Below, one piece after another: positions 31,776-43,074 of a stretch of 64,000 nt of DNA; positions within the stretch are counted from its first letter, which is position 1, and every line of letters begins with the position of its first letter. This DNA is from Acidimicrobiia bacterium (GTDB lineage: Bacteria; Actinomycetota; Acidimicrobiia; Spongiisociales; ZC4RG35). Under the pieces are notes generated by a model. The model worked only from the letters and a program-made list of their open reading frames with translations, was not told the origin of the DNA and searched no databases. Where the stretch lies: assembly GCA_965215185.1 (NCBI GenBank), contig OZ244034.1, positions 1,952,001 to 2,016,000 of the forward strand, in the 5' to 3' direction. The position numbers and the translations under genes are program-made.

Positions 31776-34587
31776 ATGACTGCCGTTTTTGTTGCCGTTG
31801 GTGTGTTCTTGGGAGCTTTGCTGCTGGATGGCGGTGGTGGTTTCCTGTTCGGAGGTCTGGTGGGGCTCCTCTTCGCCCAAGTGGCGAAGCTGCGGCGCCG
31901 AGTCCGAGAAGTCGAAGGGGCACAGGCCACAACGGAAGTAGTCACCGACGCCGGTGGGCCCATCACTCGTTCCGTGCCGGCCGGAGAGCAACCACCACTG
32001 TTTGCTACGCCGCCGTGCCGGCCTCCCGTCCGATGTTTCTCCCATCTCTGTTGCTCCTGAACCGCGCCCTCGAGTCGAACCGTCACCGGTCGGGGCCGCG
32101 GCGCCGTCCGTTGCCGGAACACCGTCGTCACAGTCGTCACCCGTCGAAACCGTGACGCCGTCCAATTCCGAGGTTCCGACCCCAGTGCAACGACCCGTAG
32201 CCGATTACAAGAGTCCCTCGTTCGGCGCCCTGTCCCGACTGTTCGAACCGGTCAAGACTTGGGCCACCACCGGCAACGTGCCCGTCAAGGTGGGGGTTCT
32301 GCTCTCCCTTATCGGGTTGGGGTTCCTGCTCGGCGTGGCCCTCGAACAGGGTTGGATCACCCTTACCATCGAGGTGCGCCACATTCTGGTTGGGCTGTTC
32401 GGTGTGCTGCTACTAGTGGTGGGTTGGCGCGTGCGCCACCGCAACCCGATCTACGGGTTGAGCCTGGAGGGAGGCGGGATTGCGGTGCTCTACCTGACCA
32501 CGTACGTGGCGCACGCCGTATATGACCTCCTGCCGGTTTCGTTCGCCGCCGTATCGGTAATAGTGATCACCGTCGGCGCCGGTGTTCTAGCCGTTGCCCA
32601 GGACTCCCGGTCGTTGGCGGTACTCGGTATAACCGGCGGTTTTCTCGCCCCGATCCTGGCGTATTCGGATGCAAGAGATCACGTCCTGGTATTCGGCTTC
32701 TATGTCATCCTGAGCGCCGCCATTGTAGCGGTGGCATGGTTCAAGATCTGGCCGGAACTGAATCTGCTGGGTCTGGGTTTTACCGTTGGGTTGACCGCCT
32801 TCTGGCTGTTGTTCAGATATGAGGAAGAAAGCTGGGCGACCACTCAACCCTTGATCGCCCTACTGATAATCCTGTACATGACGATCCCGCTCCTGATGGC
32901 CGCCCGGCGCCCTCCCAATATCAAGGACCCGATGACCAGCCCACTGATATTCGGTGTTCCATTCATCGGTCTCGGTTTCCAGTTTCTTCTCACCGATCAC
33001 TTCGAGTATGGAACAGCGATCAGCGCGGTGTCGCTAGCGGTGATCCACGCAGTGTTTGCGGGGGTAGCCCACCGGTTCGGTAAGGCATCGCGGGTACTGG
33101 TCGAAATCTACTTGGCTTTGGCGATGACCTTCCTGGCGATCGCAGCACCGTTGGTGTTCGACACCCAGTACACCTCGGTGGTGTGGGCCTTGCAGGGGGC
33201 GATGCTGGTTTGGGTGGGCCTTCACCACAACCTCTTCCTCTTCACCGTGGGTGGCGGTGTCTTACAACTTCTCTCCGGGAGCGTTTTCCTAAGCCACGTT
33301 TTCGAATCGCTGCCTTATCCGGACGGGACGACCGTTTTGATCAATGGGTACTTCCTGGGAGCGGCGCTGCTGGCCGTCACGGGATTGTTCACCTCGCGGA
33401 TCGTTGACCAAAGGGAAGATTTCTTGAAAGGCAGCAAGGATGTCCCTTGGTTCTTTCTGTTCTGGGGGATCGGTTGGTGGCTGCTGGGCGGGCTGGTGGA
33501 GATCGTCAGCCAGGTTCCCGAGGATGCGCGGCTGAGCACGTTAATCGTGTTCGTTGCGGTCTCTCTTGGTGGAATGGCACTGGCGGCGCCGCTGGTCCGC
33601 TGGCCAAGGCTGGCTACTTCTGGGGTCTTGCTGCTTCCCGCCCTGCCCTTATCGATGATTTTGGCGCTGGCTCTCCAAGACCACCCGTCCGAGTCGAGTG
33701 GCTGGGCGGCCTGGATCGTTGCCTTGGTGGCGTACTACTCGGTTCTGCGCCTACGAGGGAGCCAGTTTCCCCAGGTCGTGACCGCGATGCACGCCACCGG
33801 TTACTGGGTTCTCGCGGTTCTGCTTGGAACCGAGGTCCACTGGCAGGTCCAACGAATCGCCGCCGGCGTATGGCCCACTACCGCGGCGCTGTCGACGGTC
33901 CTAACGCTGGTGGGTGGAACGTTGCTGGCGCGGAATAGGTTGGCATGGCCCCTGAGGGCACGTTGGCGGACTTACCTCATGGTGTGCGCGGGCCCGGTTG
34001 TCCTGGCGCTTGCTCTCATAGTGCTGTCCATCAACCTGACGTCAAACGGCGAAGCCGCACCACTCACCTACCTGCCGCTGCTCAACCCCCTGGAAATCCT
34101 TACTGTCCTCGTTGTGGTCGCAGCGTTGGCCTGGAAAAGACTGGCCGACTCACAAACGGACCATCCACTCGAGGACTTCGTCGCTGGAAACTGGGCGCCG
34201 GGGCTGGCCATCGCCGGTTTCGTCCTGCTGACCATGACCGTGGCGCGGACGGTTCACCACTGGACGGGGGTTCCGTTCGACCTCGAGTCGATGACTTCGT
34301 CCACCACCCTCCAAGCCTCCCTGTCCATCGTCTGGGGTCTGACCGGCCTGACCGGAATGCTGATCGGCAGACGCTCGGCCCGGCGGATCGTGTGGGTGGG
34401 CGGTGCTTCCCTAATGGGAGTGGTGGTGGTCAAGCTGTTCCTGTTCGACCTCAGCAACACCGGAACAGTAGCCAGAGTGGTGTCATTCCTCGGGGTGGGC
34501 CTGCTGCTCCTGATCGTCGGCTACGTCGCCCCGGTTCCCCCCGCGGCCACCACCGAAACCGAGCAGGCAAAGACCGACAGGCAATGA
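31776..34587 (+). pseudogene. DUF2339 membrane protein with a frameshift near 32010
   Basis: TGNVPVKVG..LEGGGIAVLYLT..VVKLFLFDLSN..RVVSFLGVG; N-terminus is in another frame. Confidence 0.8.
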
Positions 34588-34910
34588 CCCGGCGCCGGTC
34601 TTTCTCCCGGCATCCGACACAATGGACAAGTCCTCGCCTCCAACACCAACGAAGACGGAACACCGTCCTACGAGATAGCGGCGCTGTTCAAGGCAACGCC
34701 CTAGAAAAGTTCTCCTCGACGGGAACCGCGCCCCGAGCGTAACCGGGATCCGTAGAGGCGCCCTGCGGACGCGTCTTCCATGGCGCTGCGATCCCTACCC
34801 AGCCATCCGGATCCACTGCCCTCTTAGTTGGACCGCCAGAATGCTTCTCGGTCTGATGAGTTCCGTCTAGAGGCCGATCACCGTGTTGGCTGGTTTGAAG
34901 AGAAATGAGT

Positions 34911-37289
34911 TCATGTTGACCCATCCGCCCCTGTGGCCGGGAGCAGACTGAGAACATACGGGGCGGTGATCGGGGTGCGGGTGATCTCTGCGACACCCAG
35001 GTCCGAAAGCGCCTTCTCGACCGCGGCGGCGATAGCCGGAGCAGGACCGATGATTCCGGCCTCGCCAGCGCCTTTGGCACCCCACGGCATCGCCGGCGCC
35101 GGCGATTCGAAATGCCTGACCACCATATTAGGTATCTCGGCGATGGTGGGCAGATGGTAATCCAAAAACGATGTCGACAGCGGGTTTCCCCATTCGTCGT
35201 AATGGAGCTTTTCGAAGAGTGCTCCGCCTATTCCTTGCGCTATGCCGCCGACCACTTGTCCCCTGACGATCTGGGGGTTGATGACCGTGCCGCAGTCATG
35301 GGCCACGAGGTACTCGAGCACCCGCACCTTGCCGGTGCCGACGTCGACGGAAACAACCGCCCCGTGAGAGGCGTTGGTGTAGGTGGCGCAAGCATTGACC
35401 CGCCCGTACTCGTCGGAATGATGCTCGATGCCGGGAGGGTCGTAAGTGGCGGCCGCCTCCATACCGGGTTGCACACCCTCGGGCAGGTCGATGGTGCGGA
35501 TGTTGGCCGCCGTGGCGACCTCTTTCCACGTGACTGAAGTCCCAGGGCTTCCGCGGACATGGAAATGTCCGTCATACACCTCGATGTCATCCTGGGAGGC
35601 CTCCATCAGATGGGCCGCGATGCGGTTTGCCTTCTCCAGAAGAACCTGAGAGGCTTCCCGAAGGGCGCCCGAAGCCACGTTGGTGCTCCTGCTCCCCCAA
35701 CTGCCGAGTCCGTAGGGAGTCCGGTCGGTGTCTCCCATGACGACGCGGACCTGATCGCGTCCGACGCCCAGCGCCTCTGCCGTCAGGGTGGTCAGCATGG
35801 ACTCGAGGCCCTGGCCCGATGTGGAAACGCCGACCGATACCACCGCGGTCCCGTCGGGATTCACCCTGATGGAACACGAGTCGAAGGAGGTCCAGTGTCC
35901 GCTGGTCAGAAAATACGTAGGGGTAACACCCTCGATGTAGTTGACCACACCTGATCCCAGCCGGATATGAGGATCATCGCCGAGCCGGGCTCGCCAGTGG
36001 TCCAGTCTCTCGGAGGTGAGACGAACAGTCTCCTCGAATGCTTCGCGGTGGCTCCCGGAGTCAACGATTGCACCGGCTGACGTCGTGTAGGGCAGGTCGT
36101 CTTGGCCCATCAGGTTGCGACGTCGTATCTCGTGCCGGTCGATACCCAGGCGGTCGGCCGCTTTGTCCATCAGACGTTCGATGGCGAACGCGGCCTCCGG
36201 AATCCCGAACCCCCGGTAGGCGCCGCAGGGGGTCTTATTGGTGGCTACGGCAACGACACCAACCGACTGGTGGGGGATCCGATACGGGCCCGTGATGTGG
36301 CCGATGGCCGTGAAGGCGGGCGAGAAGCCGTAGGGGTACATCTCGGCCGCTCCCAGGTCTTGGATGGCCATCCCTCTAACCGCACGGAACCGTCCGTCGC
36401 CATCTACGGCAGCCTCGAGGTCGAGGACCAGATCACGGGCGTGACACGCCGCGATCAGATGTTCTCTGCGGTCCTCGATCCACCGCACCGGTCTCCCGAG
36501 CCTCATGGCCAACCAGGGGATCGTGACTTCCTCCACATAGAACTCCGCTTTGACACCGAATCCTCCTCCCACGTCGGGGGCGATTACGCGGATGTCCGTC
36601 TCGTCCAGAGGGAGGCAGTACGACAGCATCGTGCGGGCGATATGAGGAAACTGGGTGGATGTCCAGACCGTGAGCCGGCCATCCCGGTACTCGGCCGCCA
36701 CCCCCCTCGTCTCCATGGGCACACCGGTATGGCGTCCGATCTCGTACCGACCGGAGACGGTCATCTTCCCTTCGAATTCGGCCATCGCTTCGGGGTTGTT
36801 AACCGGGAAGTCGATCACGATGTTGTCCGGCCACTCCGAAAACAGAAGCGGGGCCTTGGCGTCCAGAGCCTCCTCTACGGAGACGACCGGATTGAGCGGT
36901 TCGAGATCGACGGTCAGCAGGTCCCGGGCGTCCTCCGCCTCATACCGGTCAGGCGCGACCACTACCGCTATGGGCGCCCCCACGTAGCGCACCTTGTCCC
37001 GCGCCAGGGGAAAGATGGCCACCGGTCGGGCGTTTTGGTCGAAGTCCGGGAAGGGTGAGACATCGGTCATGTCCGCGGCGGTGAATACCCCTGCCACCCC
37101 GGGAACCTGCATGGCTTCGACAGTGTCCACCCCTTCGATCACAGCGTGAGGCAGCGGGCTCCTGTAGAAGGCGGCGTCAAGCATCCCGGGTAGGGATACG
37201 TCTGCGACGAACCGTGCTCTGCCCGTGAGGAGCCGGTCGTCTTCGACGCGGGCTACATGAGCCCCGATATGGGTGGGACGGGAGGTCAC
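34911..37289 (-). CDS. xanthine dehydrogenase/CoxL-like Mo-binding subunit
   Basis: RVEDDRLLTG, DVGGGFG, AYRGFG, GAKGAGE. Confidence 0.93.
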   Translation of the reverse strand: MTSRPTHIGAHVARVEDDRLLTGRARFVADVSLPGMLDAAFYRSPLPHAVIEGVDTVEAMQVPGVAGVFTAADMTDVSPFPDFDQNARPVAIFPLARDKVRYVGAPIAVVVAPDRYEAEDARDLLTVDLEPLNPVVSVEEALDAKAPLLFSEWPDNIVIDFPVNNPEAMAEFEGKMTVSGRYEIGRHTGVPMETRGVAAEYRDGRLTVWTSTQFPHIARTMLSYCLPLDETDIRVIAPDVGGGFGVKAEFYVEEVTIPWLAMRLGRPVRWIEDRREHLIAACHARDLVLDLEAAVDGDGRFRAVRGMAIQDLGAAEMYPYGFSPAFTAIGHITGPYRIPHQSVGVVAVATNKTPCGAYRGFGIPEAAFAIERLMDKAADRLGIDRHEIRRRNLMGQDDLPYTTSAGAIVDSGSHREAFEETVRLTSERLDHWRARLGDDPHIRLGSGVVNYIEGVTPTYFLTSGHWTSFDSCSIRVNPDGTAVVSVGVSTSGQGLESMLTTLTAEALGVGRDQVRVVMGDTDRTPYGLGSWGSRSTNVASGALREASQVLLEKANRIAAHLMEASQDDIEVYDGHFHVRGSPGTSVTWKEVATAANIRTIDLPEGVQPGMEAAATYDPPGIEHHSDEYGRVNACATYTNASHGAVVSVDVGTGKVRVLEYLVAHDCGTVINPQIVRGQVVGGIAQGIGGALFEKLHYDEWGNPLSTSFLDYHLPTIAEIPNMVVRHFESPAPAMPWGAKGAGEAGIIGPAPAIAAAVEKALSDLGVAEITRTPITAPYVLSLLPATGADGST

Positions 37290-37774
37290 CGGTCCCTACC
37301 CCAAGCCGCCATTACCGCATCCAGGATCCCTTCGTATCCGGTACACCGGCACAGGTTGCCGGACAGCAGCTCCCGGATGCTCTCTTCATCCGGGTGTTCG
37401 TCGGGTGTCACGCCGGCCAGCGTCATCAGAAAACCCGGCGTGCAGAAGCCACATTGGAGACCGTGGTGGTCCTTGAACGCTCGTTGCAAGGGGTTGAGAC
37501 CGTCCTCGGGCGTTATTCCCTCCACTGTGGTCACGTCGCACCCATCGGCCTGCACCCCCAACATGATGCACGACCGGACAGGTCGGCCTGCGACCAGCAC
37601 CGTGCACGCGCCGCATACGCCCTGCTCACATCCGATGTGGGTTCCCGTAAGACCCAAGTCTTCACGCAGAACGTCCACCAGCAGCTTCCTGGCGTCCACG
37701 GTCAGTTCAACCGATCGTCCGTTCACGTTCATTGACACGCCTAAGCGCCAGCTGGGCTCTCGAACCGGTTTCAC
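37286..37774 (-). CDS. (2Fe-2S)-binding small subunit (CoxS-like)
   Basis: GCEQGVCGACT, QCGFCTPG, NLCRCTGY. Confidence 0.95.
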   Translation of the reverse strand: MKPVREPSWRLGVSMNVNGRSVELTVDARKLLVDVLREDLGLTGTHIGCEQGVCGACTVLVAGRPVRSCIMLGVQADGCDVTTVEGITPEDGLNPLQRAFKDHHGLQCGFCTPGFLMTLAGVTPDEHPDEESIRELLSGNLCRCTGYEGILDAVMAAWGRDR

Positions 37775-38628
37775 CGTGCCATCTCCTCGACGGCTCGGCG
37801 CACGAGTACTCCGGACACGTGGGCTCGGTAGGCAGCGTCGGCGTGAACGTCCTCCAAACCGGCCCTGGCGGTACGGGTGGTCAGAGCCGCCACTTGGTGG
37901 AGCAGGTCGGCGGTAATCTGCTCTCCCGCCAGTCGAGTTTCCACCTCGTGGAGTCGCTGGGGTGATCCTCCCACCCCGAACAGCGCCAGAGCGATGTCCC
38001 TCACCTTCCCGGCCCGGGTGGTGACGAGCTTCCCGGCTACGCCCGCTACCGCGAAATCACCCGACCGTGGGGCGACCTCGGTGACTGCTGCCCGAGTCTT
38101 CTTGGAAGATGGGAAACGAACCTCCACAAGCATCTCGTCAGGCTTCAAAGCCGTCGTAAAAGGGCCGAGAAAGAACTGGCTGGCGGGGATGTCCCGCACA
38201 CCTGCCGCCGACCGTGCAACCATGATGGCATCGAGGGCGAGGGCGACCGCGGGCATCTCCGCCGCTGGGTCGGCGTGAGCGATACTCCCTACGACAGTTC
38301 CCCGAATACGGTTCTGGACGTGACCCACAAACGGAAGAGCCTTACTCAGCAGCGGGCATAGGCGTGCCACGTCGACCGAACGCTCGACCGTGTTCTGCGT
38401 GACTGCGGCGCCGACGCGCACCACCCCGCGCTCGACCACAACCTGCCGGAGCTCCCTCACCAGCGCGATATCCACCAGGACCTCCGGGCGGGCCAAACGG
38501 AAGTTCAAAAGCGGTATCAGACTCTGACCCCCCGCCAGCACCCTGGCCCCACCGTCACATTCGGACAGGATGCCAAGCACCTCGTCAAGGCTCTGCGGAC
38601 GAGCATATCTGAACGGTGGCGGCTTCAC
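37771..38628 (-). CDS. FAD-binding medium subunit (CoxM-like)
   Basis: MKPPPFRY, LAGGQSL, AHADPAAE. Confidence 0.93.
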   Translation of the reverse strand: MKPPPFRYARPQSLDEVLGILSECDGGARVLAGGQSLIPLLNFRLARPEVLVDIALVRELRQVVVERGVVRVGAAVTQNTVERSVDVARLCPLLSKALPFVGHVQNRIRGTVVGSIAHADPAAEMPAVALALDAIMVARSAAGVRDIPASQFFLGPFTTALKPDEMLVEVRFPSSKKTRAAVTEVAPRSGDFAVAGVAGKLVTTRAGKVRDIALALFGVGGSPQRLHEVETRLAGEQITADLLHQVAALTTRTARAGLEDVHADAAYRAHVSGVLVRRAVEEMAR

Positions 38629-38699
38629 AAAAAGAACTCGGAGATTCCAAGACTACAGACCCAATCCCGTTGAACAACCGACGTTGCCCCGTTGGAAAC

Positions 38700-38806
38700 A
38701 GCAGGGTCTCAAAGTCGATGACCTCGTCTACTACCACCACGCTCCAGGCGTTCTTGTCCATCGTCTGGGGTCTGACCGCGATGATGGTCGGTGGACGCTC
38801 GGCCCG
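38700..38806 (+). pseudogene. short degraded duplicate of the DUF2339 3' region
   Basis: similar to 34281-34383 (SMTSSTTLQA..SIVWGLT..RSAR). Confidence 0.7.
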
Positions 38807-39029
38807 TAAGGAGGTAGTGGGTCCTATCTTGAGCACGTGACTGTCACTGTCCCCGAGGCCGTCGCTCCGTGCCCATAACCGACCTGCCGGGACATCAATC
38901 CCAAATTGAGCAAGCATTACGTTTACCTCGCAGTCCTGAAAGCTACTCCTTTCAACACCGTCTCCAGATTCGCGAGATAGTTCGCAAATGCTTGGCGTCC
39001 TGCGGGTGTGGCTTGTACCCATGTTGACG

Positions 39030-39218
39030 GTTTTTCATTCAGGAACTCCTTGGTGACTTCGAGGTAACCGGCGTCCCGGAGCTTGCGCAGATGGATGGTC
39101 AGGTTTCCGCCGGTCAGAACAAGTGTTCCGTCTCGGGCTGGGAAACCAGCAGGGTCATTATCCGCAATCGGACCGACTGATGGATGATCTCGTCAAGAAC
39201 AACGGGATCGTTGATCAC
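39030..39218 (-). pseudogene. winged-HTH (MarR/ArsR-like) regulator remnant
   Basis: LDEIIHQSVRLRIMTLL, then LTGGNLTIHLRKLRDAGYLEVTK in another frame. Confidence 0.7.
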
Positions 39219-39770
39219 CGAATCCCGATCTTGCGGAACCACATAACGCCGAGACCCACGACCGCCAGGGTCGCCACCGCCGAGACAGCCAAAGCAGCAC
39301 CACCGGACAGATAGCGAGGAAGATAGTAGGCGGCAGCTATCCCAACGCCTACCACCGCTAACGCCGGGTTGGTCATCAAGCCGAACAAGATGTACCCCAA
39401 AGCAACTATTCCAATGGCTACGACGGATATTAGGGGGCCCCTTTCGGCGTTCCACATCCCCGCGGCCGCCGGTAGGAACCAGGCCGCCGACGCCACTGCC
39501 ATCCAGAAAAGGAAAACCCGAATGCCGACGGCCCGGCTGACGTCGCGCGACACGTTCCTGGTTGCCTCCCGGCGCCCGATGATGGCGCTGCCGACTGTCC
39601 CAACTGCTATGAAAGTGCCGTAAAACGGTGCTCTCACCCATGGGCTTTGCTCCGCCAAATCGAAGCCCCCGGTTTGGAGCCAGTATTCGCCTTCTGGGCG
39701 GCGCGCATGGTCCGCTAGATCCGCTTGCCTCGGTTCGCCACCGCCCCCAAGGACCCCTCTCCTCTGCTCG
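39215..39770 (-). CDS. membrane protein, 5' end uncertain
   Basis: several hydrophobic helices; abuts the regulator gene. Confidence 0.55.
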
Positions 39771-39771
39771 G

Positions 39772-40977
39772 CTAGGCCCCCTTGTAGTTGATCCGCGCCA
39801 CCAGCCGGTGTTCGGCGGTCACCAGATCGTCCTGGTCCTTCATCACCTGTTCGATCGGTTTGTACGACCACGGGGACTCATCGACCAGCTTCCGGGCCCG
39901 ATGGGCTTCCCATGCCTTTCCCTTCATCGCCTCGGTCAACTGTTCTGCGGTGAATAGCTTCCTGGCTCGGCTTCGAGAATGCACACGCCCGGCGCCGTGC
40001 GCAGCGGAGCAATAGGAAAGCAGGTTCCCCAATCCTCGCACAATGTATGAGTCGGTTCCCATCGAACCGGGTATGACGCCCCGATCTCCGGAGCCGGCCC
40101 TGATGGCGCCCTTTCTGGTCACCCACACCATGCGGGCGTTATGTCTCTCCAGAACGGCGTAGTTGTGATGGCAGTTGATCATCTCCAGCAGTTCTACGTT
40201 CCCCATGTGATTTCTCAACGCTTCCCAAACCACGTCCAGGATAAGTTCCCGATTTCTCCAGGCGTAGGACTGCGCCCACAGCATCTGCCGGATGTACACA
40301 TCGAATGGGTCGTCGTTGGAGAGGTAGTAGGCCAGATCCCGAGTTGCTGGTCTCCCCTTTCGGGCGCAGACCCGGGCGGAGGCGGCGATGTGGTGAGTGG
40401 CTATTTGGTTGCCGATCCCCCGGCTTCCGGTGTGCAGCACTATCCAGAGCCGGTTGAGTTCATCCGAAGAGATCTCAACGAAGTGGTTTCCGCCACCCAA
40501 GGTGCCCAATTGCTTTCCCATCCTCCCGATGGCGCTTGTGGCTCTTGGCAGCATCTTCACGTGCGGGATTGGGTTTTCTTCCAGCCACCTTCGGGCAGTT
40601 GGAGTAGCAGTTTGATGCCAATCGAAACCGGCCGGCACCCCGCGCCGGACATCCGCGAGGATCTGCTGTGGATGTTCAAGGTCCTTCAACCGCCGGTTGG
40701 TGAGAGCAGCGATCATGCCGCAGCCAATGTCCACCCCCACCGCGGCGGGCAGGATGGCCCCTTCGGTGACAATCACCGACCCCACCGTGGCGCCTTTCCC
40801 CAAATGGGCATCGGGCATCAGTGCCACAGGACCTGCCAGCACCGGGCTCAGCGAAGTTTCCAAAGCCTGTTTCCTGGTCTGGGGGTCCAGAATCGACGCC
40901 CAGTTGCGGACCCCCGCACCGCCATCCCGGCCAGACTTTAGGAGCCGCCCCCCGGGACTTTCATTGGTTGCCACCAT
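39772..40977 (-). CDS. rtcB: RtcB family RNA ligase
   Basis: MPDAH, VGVDIGCG, GTLGGGNHF, HTGSRG, HHN, PGSMG, HGAGR. Confidence 0.95.
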   Translation of the reverse strand: MVATNESPGGRLLKSGRDGGAGVRNWASILDPQTRKQALETSLSPVLAGPVALMPDAHLGKGATVGSVIVTEGAILPAAVGVDIGCGMIAALTNRRLKDLEHPQQILADVRRGVPAGFDWHQTATPTARRWLEENPIPHVKMLPRATSAIGRMGKQLGTLGGGNHFVEISSDELNRLWIVLHTGSRGIGNQIATHHIAASARVCARKGRPATRDLAYYLSNDDPFDVYIRQMLWAQSYAWRNRELILDVVWEALRNHMGNVELLEMINCHHNYAVLERHNARMVWVTRKGAIRAGSGDRGVIPGSMGTDSYIVRGLGNLLSYCSAAHGAGRVHSRSRARKLFTAEQLTEAMKGKAWEAHRARKLVDESPWSYKPIEQVMKDQDDLVTAEHRLVARINYKGA

Positions 40978-41047
40978 GACCTTTGACCCTACCGATCACG
41001 CCGGCGGTCGATGATTGCATTTTCACACCGCATGGAGGGTGAGTCGC

Positions 41048-41140
41048 GGGTGGGCTGTTGGCCACCACCCCTTACCTGCAGCTTAACGGGGGTTCTGGGA
41101 GGACACCACAATTACGAGAGGGGGGACACCACCATTGAAA
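41048..41140 (+). repeat. att-like left-end repeat, copy 5
   Basis: GTGGGCTGTTGGCCACCACCCC..GGACACCACAATT..GGACACCACCATT. Confidence 0.85.
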
Positions 41141-41352
41141 CTCGACATTACGGCGCAGGTTTGTGGGCTGCAAGGCCTCGTGACCACAGTTCCCCTCGTC
41201 GGAGACCTCTCTAGGAGATACCCCTCCCCTCGGTCAGCTCTCGCGGGCCAACATTCTTGTTAATGTGCATAGATCATGCAAGCCGAAAGGGGTTGTCAAG
41301 AGCCGACGCCCGTAGAATTGCCGAGTCCCCGGCTAGTGTGAAACGCTGAACT

Positions 41353-41901
41353 ATGGCACGCATCAAGATCATTCCCGACGACTCTTGGGACGGCGCACTC
41401 GGTGAGCTTCATCCGCGGGTTGTTGATCCGGCCTATGGCCGGGTCGACAACGTCCTCGCCGTGCACTCGCTCAACCCCCGCGGCATGGCGGCACACCAGG
41501 GTCTGTACGAATCGGCCATGGCCGGGACTGCAACGCTCCGCAAGGTCGAGCGCGAACTCATCGCCGTGGTCGTGAGCCTCGAGAACGACTGCCACTATTG
41601 AGTTGTCCACCACCGGCGCGGTCTGCGTCGGCTGCTCCACGACGACGAACTCGCCGCTGCGATTGAACACGACTGGACAACTGCAGCGCTGTCGCCAAAG
41701 CGGGTGGCGATGCTGAGTTTCGCGGTCAAACTGACGGTGACGCCGAGCGCGATGAACGACGCCGATGTCAATTCCCTACGAACCGCCGGCTTCTCTGATC
41801 GTGACATCCTCGACATAGTCGAGGTTGTCAGCTACTATGCGTACGCCAATCGGATCACCAATGGTCTGGGCCTTGAGACCGAAACGTGGATCCCCGATTG
41901 A
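41353..41901 (+). CDS. AhpD/CMD-like peroxidase-related selenoprotein (UGA read as Sec at 41599-41601)
   Basis: two track ORFs in the same frame separated only by TGA in CHY-U (CxxU); SECIS-like hairpin follows. Confidence 0.8.
41613..41631 (+). promoter_or_regulatory. bacterial SECIS-like hairpin
   Basis: CCGGCGC-GGTCT-GCGTCGG starting 11 nt after the UGA. Confidence 0.7.
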
Positions 41902-41939
41902 TCCACAAGGGGTAGAGCCAATTACCCCCAAAGCCAAGG

Positions 41940-42097
41940 GAAAGCCAGGAAAAGCAGCCTGTCAGCGGCTAAATCGCCAACAGCTAGACGTCGGTTGGTA
42001 TTGGTGGGCTGTTAGCGACCACCCCTGACCCGGGCTTTAGGAGGGGTTTTCGAGGGGGCTCCACAATTTTGAAGGGTGTGGACTCCACATTTCGGAA
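41940..42097 (+). repeat. right-end motif joined to att-like left-end repeat (copy 6)
   Basis: TAAATCGCCAA at 41970, then TGGTGGGCTGTTAGCGACCACCCCTGACC at 42002. Confidence 0.8.
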
Positions 42098-42327
42098 GTC
42101 ATGGCCGGAAAGCTTTTTGCGGACGGATCAGTTACTTCTGGCGCCTACCTCGATCAACAGCCGGCAGTGGCCGACCTCCTCGTAGCCTCTCGCATGTTGT
42201 TAGAGAGGTGGAAAGCGGAACGATAGAGCTCCTCTACCAACCCCACCACATGGTCTTAGTCTTTGGTGATTTGCTTACCTAGCGCGATGTACCTCAGAGT
42301 GCCATAACAGCCCCTGCCCATCAAGGC

Positions 42328-43074
42328 CTAACTTCTGGCCCTCGGCCTTCCAGGCCTGTCTTGAACGGCGGCAGCCATGAAGTTGCGATACAAGCGCTTG
42401 GCGGCGACAGCGAAGCCCGCCATGTGGTAATCGGCTTCGGTGGCCAGAGCGTCGATGGCGTTGGGACCAAGGACCGACTCTAGAGCCTCGCGGTAGGCAT
42501 CGACTGCACCCCAGTTGCGGACCGTGCCCTTCTCCACTTCCAAGTGGTATTGCATCGACCAGGCCAGCGGCCCCACCCGCATGGCCTGCACCCGGCAGTC
42601 CGGGGAACTCGCCAGTACCACCGCGTCATCGGGTGGCTGAGCCACCCGCACCGAGTGCCACTGCAAGACAATCTGGCGCTCGCCCATCTTGTTGAAGATC
42701 GGGTCGGCCCTGCCCTCGGCCGTCAGATCCACCCCGAATACGCCGATCTCAGGCGGGAGCTGCGGGCCACAAGTACCGCCGAGGGCGTCCGCCAGCAGTT
42801 GGTGTCCCAGGCACAGACCCAAAAAGGGCCGTTCCATCTCACGCACCCAGCGCCGGATGGCCCTCTTCTCCTGCACCAGCCACGGGTGCTCGTCCACATC
42901 CCACACGTCCATCGGGCCGCCCATCACCCATAGGACGTCGTAGTCCTCCAGAGGTGGGATCGGCTCGCCCGCGTCGAGTGCCACCGCGGTCCACTCAATG
43001 CCGTCGGCCCGCAGGAAGTCGCGCAGGCGGCCGGGGTGTTCACAATCGATGTGCTGAAAGACGAGCAGTCGCAT
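42328..43074 (-). CDS. type 1 glutamine amidotransferase
   Basis: MGGPM, LGLCLGHQL, QYHLE. Confidence 0.92.
   Translation of the reverse strand: MRLLVFQHIDCEHPGRLRDFLRADGIEWTAVALDAGEPIPPLEDYDVLWVMGGPMDVWDVDEHPWLVQEKRAIRRWVREMERPFLGLCLGHQLLADALGGTCGPQLPPEIGVFGVDLTAEGRADPIFNKMGERQIVLQWHSVRVAQPPDDAVVLASSPDCRVQAMRVGPLAWSMQYHLEVEKGTVRNWGAVDAYREALESVLGPNAIDALATEADYHMAGFAVAAKRLYRNFMAAAVQDRPGRPRARS

Noticed and set aside
34911-38628. Aerobic CO dehydrogenase coxMSL
   Set aside because: The active-site loop is AYRGFG, not the form I AYxCSFR; only a generic Mo-hydroxylase call is supported.
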